Shown here piece by piece: positions 24,545 to 38,212 of a stretch of 64,000 bases of DNA. The notes below the pieces were generated by a model. It had not been told where the DNA came from. It was given only the letters and a program-made list of their open reading frames with translations, and made no database searches. Source of the stretch: Azolla caroliniana (taxonomy: Eukaryota > Plantae > Polypodiophyta). A program made the position numbers and the translations under genes. The DNA is taken from contig JBHGNT010000005.1 of NCBI GenBank assembly GCA_043228905.1, forward strand, positions 7,564,001 to 7,628,000. The letters run 5' to 3'. The stretch's first letter is position 1. Each line of letters begins with the position of its first letter.

Positions 24545-26386
24545 ATGGAGAATCAACAAGAGGCGATGAACATGATGATAATGATGTTCGAGCGGATGCT
24601 ACAAGAACAACGAGCGATGTCGGAGATCACGGGGGCAGTAAAGCGGCTCGTACAACGAAACGGGGAATTCAACGGTAAGGGTGTGTCACGCTACCTACGT
24701 GAATATAAGGCGGAGATGATGCAATATCGGATACCGGAAGGATTGCAAGTGATATCCTTTAGTCGGGTGGCCTCGGACGAACTACAAGAGAGAATCCACA
24801 AGATACAACAACAAAACTCGACATGGGAGTCCTTTGAAGAAGCTTTACGGGAGGCATATGACTATGAGAGATGGACGGGACGAGATCGACAAGAATTCGA
24901 CGAATGGGTGGCGTCGGAGAAGACTCACCGAAGTGCAACGCAAGCGTTCCTAGAGTTCGAGCATCGTTTTGCTCGACTCTCGGAGCGGGAACGAAGATTG
25001 GTGGGAGAAGATAAAGTCTTAATGTTCGTAAGATCGATCGATCGGAAAGAAAGGATGGACATTGGGATCGAACTCGAAGATGATGACGGTGCGAACGGTC
25101 TTACCGAGGATTGGGCCAAAGTCGAAAGGGTATGCCGAAGACATGATGAAAGGAAGTTGAGAATCTCGTCAACAACGACATGGCCCATGAAGGATGGTCG
25201 ATTGAGGAAAAACGATGAAGCCAATATGAAGGCCGAAATACAACATGATGGTACCACGGGAGAAAGAGTGGAACAAGACACCCACTCGTCTTGTGAAAGA
25301 ACGATGGCGAAGGATAAGGCCGATAATTCAAGTGTAGAAGGAAATTTCGGGATACAAGTGCCCGAGACATCGGGTCAAAAAGGGGTAAGCATAATAGATG
25401 TTTGCATAATTGATGCAGATAAAGAGTGTGAAGCGGATGTGATTAAGGAGGTAGCCACAAAAGACGAAATCGAATCGGAGGTGGCTATGGACGAATCAAT
25501 GGCGGATGGCCATATCGAGACTTCCCCACCACTGATTCTAGAGACTCCGGCGGTTGCGTTCGAAAGGCAACGTGAGACCGAAGAGACGGAAGGTGGCGGA
25601 GAGAAATCAAAGGTTGAAGCTGACGCGTATGACGGAGAGATAGCCGAGAATATGGCCATGGGTGAAACAACGGAGGATGATAATACCGAGGATTCCTACC
25701 CACTAATCCTAGAGACTTCGGCAGTTGTGTCCGAGAACCAACGTGAGACCGGAGAGACAGGAGGTGGCGGCAAGAAAGGTAAAGTCGGAAGCCAGTTAGG
25801 ATGGAAGGTGATCCGGACGGGATTCCGATCCGAAAGAAAGCCGAACCGGGTAAAAGAGGATTCGACCGAAAGTCGACCCGAAAGAAAGCCGAACCGAAAG
25901 GAAGAGAATTCGGCCGAAAGACGACACAAACTAAAGCCGAACCGGGCGAATGAGGATTCGGCCGAAAGACGACCCGAAAGAAAGCCGACCCGAAAAAGGG
26001 TCGAATCGGTCAAAACCGATCGACCGAGTCTGACTTGGCCGAACGCGAATACGAATCCGATCGGAAGCCGATCAAACCGAAAGTTGATCGGACGAGAGCG
26101 ATCCGGAAAAAAGTCAAGGTTGATGAAGACAAGAAAGAGGCCAGTAAAAGACACTACCACGAATGAACAAAGAATATGGTGGATCGGATGGCGACAATGG
26201 TTCGGGTGGAAAGAATGGGTCTACTCAAAATGGAGAGACAAAGTTGACATAGTGGGACAAACGGAGGATGAAGGGGAGACAACGAGCATCGGCAACTTCG
26301 GCACATACCGGAGGATGTGCGGGTTCGGAGGGGGCGAGTGTCGTAGTGTATTTCGTACACTACGTGAAAAAGTAAAAATAATATAA
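24545..26386 (+). CDS. Uninterrupted gag-like ORF (~613 aa) of the non-autonomous LTR element; reads into the 3' LTR
   Basis: Open frame from ATG 24545; gag-like N-terminus (FNGKGVSRYLREY), acidic middle, basic repeats, Trp-rich motif; no protease, RT or integrase motifs seen. Confidence 0.75.
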   Translation: MENQQEAMNMMIMMFERMLQEQRAMSEITGAVKRLVQRNGEFNGKGVSRYLREYKAEMMQYRIPEGLQVISFSRVASDELQERIHKIQQQNSTWESFEEALREAYDYERWTGRDRQEFDEWVASEKTHRSATQAFLEFEHRFARLSERERRLVGEDKVLMFVRSIDRKERMDIGIELEDDDGANGLTEDWAKVERVCRRHDERKLRISSTTTWPMKDGRLRKNDEANMKAEIQHDGTTGERVEQDTHSSCERTMAKDKADNSSVEGNFGIQVPETSGQKGVSIIDVCIIDADKECEADVIKEVATKDEIESEVAMDESMADGHIETSPPLILETPAVAFERQRETEETEGGGEKSKVEADAYDGEIAENMAMGETTEDDNTEDSYPLILETSAVVSENQRETGETGGGGKKGKVGSQLGWKVIRTGFRSERKPNRVKEDSTESRPERKPNRKEENSAERRHKLKPNRANEDSAERRPERKPTRKRVESVKTDRPSLTWPNANTNPIGSRSNRKLIGRERSGKKSRLMKTRKRPVKDTTTNEQRIWWIGWRQWFGWKEWVYSKWRDKVDIVGQTEDEGETTSIGNFGTYRRMCGFGGGECRSVFRTLREKVKII

Positions 26387-26440
26387 CCGATTTAATTACA
26401 TATAAATAAATAAAATAATATATCAAGATATTTATCACAT

Positions 26441-26507
26441 GCATAGGGCAGGATTCGAACCCTGTACCTCCACGTAGCCAAACCTCAACTTTACCATTAT
26501 GCTACCT
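26441..26507 (-). promoter_or_regulatory. tRNA-like Pol III cassette in 3' LTR (best-preserved copy)
   Basis: Minus strand: consensus A box TAGCATAATGG (26504-26494), 32 nt spacer, consensus B box GGTTCGAATCC (26461-26451). Confidence 0.75.
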
Positions 26508-29500
26508 TATCTTTAGTGTTTTATAAATAGATTTAATAACTATAACTGCTTTATTTGCGCCTACCTTTATTAAAAGGTAAATCATGTATTTTTAGAGTGC
26601 GTGAATATTTTATAGAAAAACGCAAGCAACTAAAAAGTGACTCATGCACATCTAGCGTGCATGAGCACTATATTTAGCAAATAAAAGCAAGGATTAAAAA
26701 AGCATGTAGTTATGCTTAGTCTCTCCCATCACTACATAAGGATGGGGAGCACAATGTAATAGGTGTGTGAAATATTTGGAAATTGGATATATTTCCGAAA
26801 ACACCAACCGATTAATATAATCGTGGGATTCACGAAAATAATATAATCTATACTTGTGGGATTCACAAGTTTCTTATATCTTTCTTTCAATCTAAATACA
26901 TATTCTTATCTAAATATTGATTAATCGAATACAATACACTCGTGGGATTCACGAAATTTCTATCTCTCTTTCTAATAATCTATTTATTACTAGCCTCATC
27001 TCATATTCTTCTTTCTCCTAGTCCAAAACCCCAGTGGTTCCCACCCGACTCACGCAACGATCCGGAGCCGAAAGGCACGACAACGTTATCTCCCAATTCT
27101 GGAGTTTGCTTATAATAGGTCCATGCATACATCAACGGGATATAGTCCTTTTATGTTGATGTATGGTTTTCAGCCACGAGCCCCGATTGATGTTAATATA
27201 CATCATGCTGAGTTGCAAAGTACGCAAAACTTTCTTCAGGATATGCAAGATATGTTGCATATTTGCACAAGATAATATAAAAATAGCTAAAGATAGAGCG
27301 TGTTTTTATGCCGATCATTATAGGCAACCTCATGTATTCAACCCTGGATAGAAGGTATTTTTACGTGTACCTCACAATTCTAAGACATTGTCTAAGGGTA
27401 AGTGCACTAAGTTAGCCCCACGGTTTTGTGGATCTTTTACAGTCCTCAAACGCATTGGGTCATCAGCCTATCGTCTCTCTCTTCCCGATGGTGTTGAAAT
27501 TCATCCAATTTTTCATGTGAGTCGTCTAAAAGAACTTCTAGGTTCTTGCGACAATACAATTACAATTGAATCTTTGGTTACTTCTGAAGAATTATCTTCT
27601 AAACCACATGTACGAGAAAGAATTCTCAATGTTAAAACAAAAAAATTACGTACTAAAGAAATCCGAGAATTTAAAATAAAATGGATGGATAAATCAATAA
27701 AAGATGCCACATGGGAACGTGAAAATTCTCTCAAAACTAACTTCCCTAACATTCCATTGCAAGAGTGCAATGTTTTAAAGAGGGGGAGTATGTTACGGGC
27801 ATGGCCATATAATATCCTGTGGTGAGAATTTACCGTAGTATTCTATACACGTGGGTAAGTGTGAGGGTTAAACGAGAGTGTAAAGAAGGGGAGGATTACT
27901 TTTAATCCTCGGGATTGAGACAACCCATTAGGCCAAGTGTGAACTTGCCTGGGGGCCTTCGGTATCGCTATAAATAAGAGGCCTAGCTACCCTCATTTTA
28001 TCATCTTGTTGACTACGTTGAGACTCTGTCTTGTGGTGGGTCAACTCTTGTAGCAAGTGTGCCAGCACCAGGTACGACTCGACACCACGACGGTGGTATG
28101 GGACGCCGATCGAGGCTCGAGTCCGTCTCGATCCCTTCGCTCGGGGGTGGTCAGGTGGATCAACACCCTTCTTTCTTTCTCTCCTTTCTATCTATCTAGA
28201 TCTATCTTTTATCCTTATTTTATGCTTACATTAGTTCATGTCTCTAACACCTAGTACTCATCAACACATAAATATTACATATGTTTGTTCATAAAGACCA
28301 TTTCATGTACATCCGTTCACGCTCATTTGACGAGTTTTCTCATAGTAGCCGGAATTCTCCACGACACCGTAAGACTAGATTTAGAATGAAATTGACCATT
28401 AGCCAAGACTCACAACAAATAAAACTCTAAAGCTGAAATAGAGGGTGAAGGAACCCACCATGTATAAGCTCCTTGAGTGGTATAGTTATAATGAGTGATT
28501 GGCAATCATTTGATAGTTGAATTCTTGTACATTTCTCTAATATAGTATTGCATTGCTTACTTATCTTTGTCTAATTACTTTTTGTAATTTGTATTAAACT
28601 ATTTTAATTGATTGTATTATTATGAACTCTCTATTCCACTATTCTTTGCCATTCTTTGTCTCTATAGAATATGAAAATGAGGTCATAGGCAATGTAGAAC
28701 ATTGCTCATAGTGTTTCAGCCTCTTAGATTTAAATAATATTAATATCCTCAATTAGTATAAACTAATCTAAACCTAATTGAATGCAATCTCTTGTGCACA
28801 TTACATGTGTTTGTGAGATTAAAATGAGTGAAATAACTACCAATTGGGTAGATCAACATACATAGTGGAAATCCCATGACAATGGTAGAGAATAACAATC
28901 AATGGTGATGCTCTACCGTTGATTTTTTTTATTAGGTGTAATGAATTGTAGCGAGGTGGAAAACCATTTGATAATAATGTGTCATGTGTTTCAAGGTTTG
29001 CTATACCAAATATATTAATTGAGAAGCCTTTGTGTATGTTAGATGATAGAGTCTTTATGCTTTATACAGGACATTCTTATATCGAGATTGCAAATTGTTT
29101 AAGGCATCATAATATTTGAATTTATAAGGGTTACACTCTGGAGTTTGAAGTGTATATAAATGAGATATTGTTTTGTCATGTTTTTGTTGATGCTCATTGT
29201 ATGGAACAACATATGCAAAATGTTAAGAAATGTATTATGCTTTTCATGAATATAAGACAAAGGTTGAAGATAGTGATGAGGCCAACGAGATCCTTTGACT
29301 CGACTATCAAAATCACATCCATATCATTGACAACATGAACAATTTTAAGTGGAGCAAAAATATGCCAATTCTTTATTCATTCCATCAATCCATAACCTCA
29401 TATGTATTAGACGAGCATGCATTCTAAGTTCAATCAAAGTCTTATAGACCCAAGTCATCTAAATATTATAGATGCACTCGTAGAAAAATATTTATGATGT

Positions 29501-31505
29501 CTTTATGCACATCCATATCCATTGTCCACCAAAAGAAAGTATAAAACCTTATGCTAAATATTTGCATAATGAACAAACCTTCCAATAAGTCTTCGAGCAA
29601 TGACCTTGTCAATGTGGAGTCAGTATGTTGTGGTCATTATGTCCATCTTATTTTCGTATTCTAAGAACATGTGCATGTGCAAGTAATTTGACATGTTTTT
29701 ATCGTCCAAGCATGGAATATTTGTCTTTGTTCCAAACATGGGAACATCCTACTATATTGCCTCTATATGTGAGGTACATTTGGTTATTGCTAGCATTAAC
29801 CCACTCCAAGTGCATGATTATGTGATTACACACTTTGCATCTAATCAACATTTGTCCTCACATCATGGCATTTTTTTGAAAGACAATACAAAGTCATGTG
29901 TTTTGACAATCTAGTGTTTAGTTGTTTCTATTGGGCACATATCGGCTTACATTGATGCAATACAACATGTAAACCTTATTTACCTCTCTTCATTTACATC
30001 CATACAAGCTTGGGACCATTTTCTTGCAATGAAATTGGGTGTCCTTTCAGTATTTATTTATTCTCATATGCAAAGTCTTTGGTGCTTGCCAACATGTCCA
30101 ACTACGTATGTTTTAATTACATTGTTTGTCACTCCCTCTTATAACGTTCATAAACAACACAAGACTTAAACAAAATGATAACATAGTGTTTTGTCTTCAG
30201 AATTACCTCATTGCAAAGAGAAAGGGTCAATATACCATGCACAAAAATCTAATGAATTTGATTATCAATATGAAATACTTCCAAGCACATGTGAGCTCTT
30301 CATTGTCTAGCTTCTATGTAAAACATTTTACCTATTCTTACAATAAGAAGCACCCACCTATTCATATAAAGGTAAGAAGAATCTCTTGCCTTGAGAATTA
30401 TGGATAAACTTTTCACCACATAAAAGGATTCTAAAATTGTTGTGATATATAATTATTAACTTGTGAGTGACTCATTGGACATACAACTTCAACCATTAAA
30501 AAAACAATTTTAAATCACACTATGAAATTCCTACATGAAGACACAACCTAATAAGGTAAATTCCTCTTAATCAATGAGCACATAATCCAGGGCACTCAAC
30601 TTTGCTCAAAGTGCCATTGATGATGAGATTATGAGATGTTGAAAGATGACGTCGAGTTATAACACAAGTGATGTGGTTATGACTTCACAATGATTTTGGC
30701 GTGACATACATAGAGAAGAAGAGAAGGTAAAATACAAGCATGATTTAAACAATTGGTCCTTTACATAAGTAACGTACAACCAATCGTAGCACATAAATCT
30801 TTATTTTTATTTTCGTTATGCCAATCAAGTATTAAAAGCTATCGTTTATTTCTCCATCAAATGTGACTCTTCGTAAACCTATGTGCATGGCTCTAGTTGT
30901 TTGGGAATGACCATAGGGACACCACTTCTAGAATAATTCCCCCCCTCATTCCATCCATTGTCCTATAAATGACTTGGACTTGATATTTTGTATACTTAGT
31001 ATTTGGAACTTGGACCAATGTGGGTAGGTTGTCCTATGATGGAGCATTCTTGTGTCTTTAGATTTTACAACACTTGTGGAGTTTGCACTTTACATAATAA
31101 TCCTTATATTTGTAAAGGCATGATTTGTTACTAGATATTATATGATACTAATTCTACAATAGTGGGATAGAGAATGTAATGTGTGATGGGTGTCAAAAGT
31201 CTAGAAACATAAGTGTCAGTGTCTTTGGATTTGAACATGTGTGTGTGTGTGTGTGTTGGGGAGAGTGAGAGAGAGAGAAAGAGAGAGAATCTTAGAAAGG
31301 AGCATGTTGGTTGAGAAAAGTGGTGGCGTGTGAAGTAAGCCACTTTATTCCAATTGAAGAAGAAAGAGTGAGCAAATGTGTTTATTAGCAAGGAAGATGT
31401 TGGGTGCCAAAAGAGAGAACACGTAGTAAAAGGTGGTAAGAAACAAGTTCGATAGGCTAGAAGAGGAGAATAGAAACAAGTGGGAGTGAGAGAACGAAGA
31501 AGTAA

Positions 31506-32503
<998 letters not shown>

Positions 32504-32704
32504 TTTTGTAGGGTAACAGAGACTTGTAGTTCTCTCTCGTGTAATCAAATAATTAATATTTTAAAACACCTTCCTTATTTGAGATCCTCAAAGTAATACA
32601 TTAATAATGATTTGCTAAGTACAACTAAGACTTGATTTTGATCAATGGATGAAAAATAGCCCAAATAAAATATATGATGACAAACATTTTCTAGTTGAGT
32701 ATAA

Positions 32705-33773
32705 AATAAACCTAAAAGAATCAAAACGAATATGAGCATGTTTGAAGTATATGTATTTGAAAGTCAAGCAATGTCAGTGACTAATGCAAGTAGTTTGCAA
32801 GAGTGCAGTCTAACGCTAATCTTGACTCCCCTCGGCATGATCTACATTGTTGATCGAGTATGTCAAAGATTTTGTACTTATAAATACCAAGAAACCCTAT
32901 GTGGGTGCACTATATAAGAAGTCATGTGGTAGCACCTACAACATGTAACTAATGGACAACCAATTGAAACCATTGCACAACTATGATGAGGCAATGGTAG
33001 ATGAAGAGAATTGGAAAACTTATATGAAAGGTGAGGTAGACTGTAGTCATATCACGAACCTTCTCTATCATTAGATCATTTTTGTCACTTGTTTGATTGT
33101 GCTATGGGACCCCAAAAAGGGAGAGTCAACAAACAAAATGGAGAGCCAATTGAGGCGTTCCAAAGTGGAATGAAGAAGGGAGGAAACTTTCATATCATCA
33201 ACCATGGCAAAACAACGAGCGAAACATGTGGTGTCATAATAATAAACCTGAAAGATTCAAAATGAAGATGAGCATGTTTGAAGTATATGTACCTAAAAGT
33301 CAAGCAATGTCAGTGACTAATGCAAGTAGTTTGCGAGAGTGCAATCTAACGTTAATCTTGACTCCTCTTGGCATGATCTACATTTTTGATCGAGTATGTC
33401 AAAGATTTTGTACTTATAAATAGCAAGGAACCCTATGTGGGTACACTATATAAGAAGTCATGTGGTAGCACCTACAACATGTAACTAATGGACAACCAAC
33501 TGAAACCATTGCACAACCATGATGAGACAATGGTAGATGAAGAGAATTGGAAAACTAACATGAAAGGTGAGGTAGACCGTAGTCATTGCACGAATCTTCT
33601 AGTTCATTAGACCAATTTTGTCATGTGTTTGATTGTGCCATGGGACCCCAAAAGGGGAGAGTCAACAAACAAAATAGAGAGCCAATTGAGGCGTTCCAAA
33701 GTGGAATGAAGAAGGGAGGAAACTTTCATATAATCAACCATGACAAAACAATGAGCAAAACATGTGGTGTCAT
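32705..33773. repeat. ~536-bp tandem duplication
   Basis: atgagcatgtttgaag at 32732 and 33268; the two copies align throughout with scattered substitutions. Confidence 0.9.
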
Positions 33774-35552
33774 ATGCAACAATGTTAGGTATGAACAATG
33801 TACATAACCATTATGGCTTACTATTTCGATGATCTTGAAAGCCATTCATGCGTTGAAAACCAATATATTATTGACCATTTAATCACACAAAATTTGGTTC
33901 ATGCGTCATGTCATATATTGCATACAATTTTGGAGCTTACCCATTATCTAAGCATCTTATAAAGCAGAATATCCATTTTAACATACATCATTGTAAACGA
34001 AAAAGGAGGATTATAAGACTCTTTACAAATTCGAGACTTAGCACTAATAAAATTTTAGGTTCAAATCTTATATTTGAAATGCACACAATCTTCAATGGAT
34101 GATAAGGTTTGTGCATATATTTTAGTTCTGAACAAACAAAAGATTGGACAAACAATGTAAGAGGGAACAAGATGGTGACATTCATATAACCCCCTTTTTT
34201 TTATACCATTGATGAAACTACACACCATGATAATAATAACTCTTGTGCAGATGATGTCTCTTGATAGTTATCTCTTTGCATAGATGCATTATGTGTTTTT
34301 TCATTATGAGAATGCATGGCATTAAACACACAATGTTTGACCATAAATATGTAAATGAGTGGGGACTGGCCCAATCTTGAGGCTCTAGAAACTTCTTACA
34401 CAAACGAAGTTTTAGTTACAAATTAAATTCAAAATTGTTCTTTGGCATCCGTACAACATGTACATGTTTATGTTTTATGGAAATTCAATTGGTGTTAGAC
34501 ATGTACATGTTTATGTTTTAAACCAAAATTTCATCATTGAATTGTCTAAGATCAACCTCCACATTTGCAATGTGTCACTTGATGGTGTTGAGAAGCAAAT
34601 ATCCTTGACACTCGAGAGGTACCCGACAACTATGGCAAACAATGAGCATGTATCCATTGTGAGGTTGAGACGATGTGTTTTCAACGAAATCAATTAACAT
34701 GACCATCATTAATAGCATGTAGTATTAGATTGTCCCAATATAAGGAGTTACCTCACAAGCTTTTTACGATGCTAGAGTCAAATGGTGTTGAGCTTTAAGA
34801 GTTTTGCTTTTTCGAGAGATGTAAAGGCATCCATGGGAAGCCACCTCCATACATCCATGATGCATTCATAACTCACCAAAATGTCTCATCATGAATGTAT
34901 GTGATAATCTATGCACCCCATGAATATTCAAATTTCATACCATACCCACCGCATATCTTATCCATTGATATCCATACCACATCATTCATGATTTGATCTA
35001 ATCCAAGGCCCACCCAATATTATTTGCAAACCATTCATTATAATACTCATCCCAAATCCATCTCGTATTTGTGCAACGATCTCCACCACGAACTTTCCCT
35101 ACCTTACCTTGAGTGAGAAAACATTTAATGGTCGTGGAACTTTTTTGCCTTGTGTTTTAATGATTAGATAAAATGTTGGGAAAATTACCAATGTACCTTA
35201 GACTATTTGAAGAACTTTTGAGAGGCTCTTATGTATAAATAGAATACAGTAAAATATCGCGAGTTTTCATTTCCTTTTTGAGGATGCCTCGGGACCTATG
35301 GTCGTAATGGAAGAGAGTCAACTCAAGGAGAAACATTCTTTTGTAGATTAGTAAAGCATTGGTGTCCCCACTATGCATAAATAGTGCATGTTTATGAATT
35401 TTGATGGAAATCCGGTTGGGCAATGTGCCATATCTTTGAATTGAAATGCAAACTCAATGAACTTCAAACATGTCAGACAAATGAGAGACAATTTTATACA
35501 TAGCATGTTCCGAGTATTACAATGTGGCTCAATGGAGATTTGGGTAGAAAGT

Positions 35553-35848
35553 TTATGCCATAAAATGGAACTCTTTGTTTTACAATATGGAGGGTTTGCG
35601 ATCAAAAGTCGTAGGATGGTAGTCTCAAAACTCATATGACAAATAAAAGCTCAAATGTCTCTTCTAATTGGGCACACTACACATGGAAATGGTATAAAAG
35701 ATTATGCCGTAAATGGAACCCTTTGTTTTACAATATGGAGTCGTTGCGATCAAAAGTCTTAGGATGGTAGTCTCAAAACTCATATGACAAATAAAAACAC
35801 AAATGTCTTTTCTAATTGGGCACACTGCACATGGAAATGGTATAAAAG
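35553..35848. repeat. ~149-bp tandem duplication
   Basis: ttatgcc...ggaaatggtataaaag repeated at 35553 and 35702. Confidence 0.88.
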
Positions 35849-36577
35849 GTTGATTTTGCTTCACACTATTAGGCCCACCTACCTATGATATATGTACGAT
35901 GGACAATAAATATTGCCACGCATATGCACTTTAGGACCCATATGGATGGAGCGAGGATGTAGATAATATCAAATTACAATATTATTACACTCACAAAAAC
36001 CGAACATGTTGGAACTTGGAACACCTACAATGAAATGATTAGAAACACCTAGCCACATTTTCTCGACCAATGTCATTTAACAAGAGAACTGGCTATTACC
36101 TTTCTTTGCACTCATAGTCACAAATTACAATCTTGAAATCATGAATGGGGCTTAGAGATGACTAGCAAGAGCAACCTTGTAATCTGGCACACAAGGAGAT
36201 TGAAGATGAGGGAGAGAATCTCACATTGTGATGTGAAGCACATGGAACCATCCCACAATGCTTTCCAGCATTATTTTTTGAATGCACAAACCTTGTACAA
36301 ACTCCCCCTTGCTTGCTTAGGCACATACTATAATCTCTACTCAAACATAGGAGCGACCCTTAAAGAAAATACCGAAGCCACATGTGGCTATGGCTTCTAC
36401 ACCAATGGAGGAGACCCACTTATGATGCTCGTTTAGGGTCCAACAGGTCACGTTCATGGCTCCTTTGATGGATGTAAACTATAGTAATCATTATCTCTTA
36501 GTTTAGGGCCCCCTTGGTATGAAACCATGTCAACACCATGTTACTAGTTGTACGAATGTGAATGTGTATAAACTACT

Positions 36578-36610
<33 letters not shown>

Positions 36611-36628
36611 ACGTACACGTACACATAC

Positions 36629-36671
<43 letters not shown>

Positions 36672-36734
36672 TACGCATACGCATACATACATACGTACGT
36701 ACGTACATACATTACATACATACATACATACACA
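36578..36734. repeat. Compound microsatellite (TACCCA, TACACG, CATACA, TACA units) upstream of the LRR-RLK
   Basis: Direct reading. Confidence 0.95.
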
Positions 36735-38212
36735 CCTACTCTTCTCCTTCCCTTCCCTTTTAGGATAATTCGTGTCTTTGCCATCGTTTCTTTGCCTTCC
36801 TCTTCTTCTTCTTCTTCTTCTTCTTCTGATACTGTCGCAGACCAAGGCGCGAGTGAGGGGAAGTTTGTGAAGCTTACGAAGAACACCACGGAGAAGGTCC
36901 CCGTTAAAGCTCTCTGAATCCCATTCCCATTCCCTCCCTCCCTCCCTCCCTCTCTGTGTTGACGAAACAGAAATGCTCACTTCATCTACGTGCAGAGCAA
37001 TTGATATGGGGGAAGGGAAAAAAATGATGTCATCCCGCACAGTTCTGAACTTTTGTACTTGTAGACCTAAATACTAAAACGCTTGTTCCAAATTATGGGC
37101 TTTAACATCTTACTTGATCTTGGGAATTATTTCAAATGCTGATCTGTCTGTGGATGTTAAAGAGAAGTGTCGAGCTCCACATATGTGGTTACTTCATAAA
37201 TGTGATTTCGGATGTGATGTTTGCGATTTTTCAGACAGGTAGGCCCTTCTATTTCTCAAGAGAATTGTGACTAAAAATGTAAAACTGAACTGATTCAAGG
37301 GAAAGATCTATTCTATGTTTTGAGTGTAAAAATGCAAAGAGTGTAGAATAGCATGTATGCAGTTTTCAGATGTAATGTTGTAGTTTTTCAGATACTCACG
37401 TTATTATATTTCTGAATTGAGGAAGTTGTGTGGTAAAATGATTAAGGTGAAAACTGTATTTTGTAAAGATGATGCAAGTATAAAATGCTTTATGCAAAGA
37501 ATGTAAGAACATGCATATTTTGTTGTTTTGGATGTAATGTTCAGGGATGCAGTGCACTGCAATATGAAACCCTGAAAATGTGAACATTGTAGATTTTCAT
37601 TCTGTGGTTTTGGTGTATTTTGCGTGACTTCTAAGACATGAAGGCTGTTGGATGCAGAAGTTCTTATTATAATGTAAAACTGATTCAAGTGTTAAATGAC
37701 TGTGCGAATATTGTTGAATTCCCATACATATGGTTTTGGATGTAATGTGTGGGGTTGTCCAAGGGGCAAGCCATTGTATTCTGACTTACATAAGTTGCAT
37801 TAAATGGATTCGAGTATGCAAAATAGGTATCAGAGTAGTGGTGAAACAAAATTCATCTTTTCTCATTGAAGACATCCGTTTCATCAAATGGTATTGTTAT
37901 ATTTTGTGAGTAATTTAATGCGGGTAATGGATATTAGATCCTGAGTTTTGTTTGAACTTCGCCGGCATTATGGTCTAGTTTCTTCTGCCCATTCACAAGT
38001 TTCTGTTAAAATTTAGATTGCGCACCTGAAAACACATCCATGAAAGGAATTCTAAACTATATTTCTTTTGCTTTTAGAAGGATACCAGCAAATCTCATTC
38101 TTTCTCTTTTTGTCACATCTGATTAACTGTACTCATATAGATAGTAGAACCACTTTTATTCTTTACTGCAGGAAATTGGAACATAAAATGGGAGGGTTCT
38201 CCCAGGGGAGAA

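Larger units (their letters stand above)
23824..27082 (+). mobile_element. Complete gag-only LTR element, copy 2 (5' LTR 23824-24506, 3' LTR 26339-27082), nested in the chromovirus integrase
   Basis: TGTCGT...ACGACA termini; ACGT TSD 23820-23823 and 27083-27086; host frame KWER|YLPILEFAYN restored; PBS and PPT present. Confidence 0.95.
21113..28374 (+). mobile_element. Chromovirus-type Ty3/Gypsy element (gag-PR-deleted RT-RH-INT-chromodomain, 3' LTR 27791-28374)
   Basis: FLFDSGSSHNFV, VETDASNYAIG, WESISMDFI, HPQSNGQT, chromodomain ERILNVK...KWM...DATWERE; PPT agggggagta; LTR tgttacgg...ccgtaaga. Confidence 0.93.

Noticed and set aside
26441-26507. Functional tRNA gene
   Set aside because: A/B boxes are present but there is no acceptor stem or anticodon arm; treated as a tRNA-derived cassette
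26821-26954. CRISPR-like array of palindromic repeats
   Set aside because: Eukaryotic LTR context, only 2-3 short units, irregular spacing, spacers shared between LTRs, no cas genes
28700-30400. Possible degenerate DNA-transposon remnant (also 34550-35500)
   Set aside because: No TIR, TSD or convincing transposase motif readable by eye
36519-37040. ORFs with TH/YV/CV repeats
   Set aside because: Translations of microsatellites
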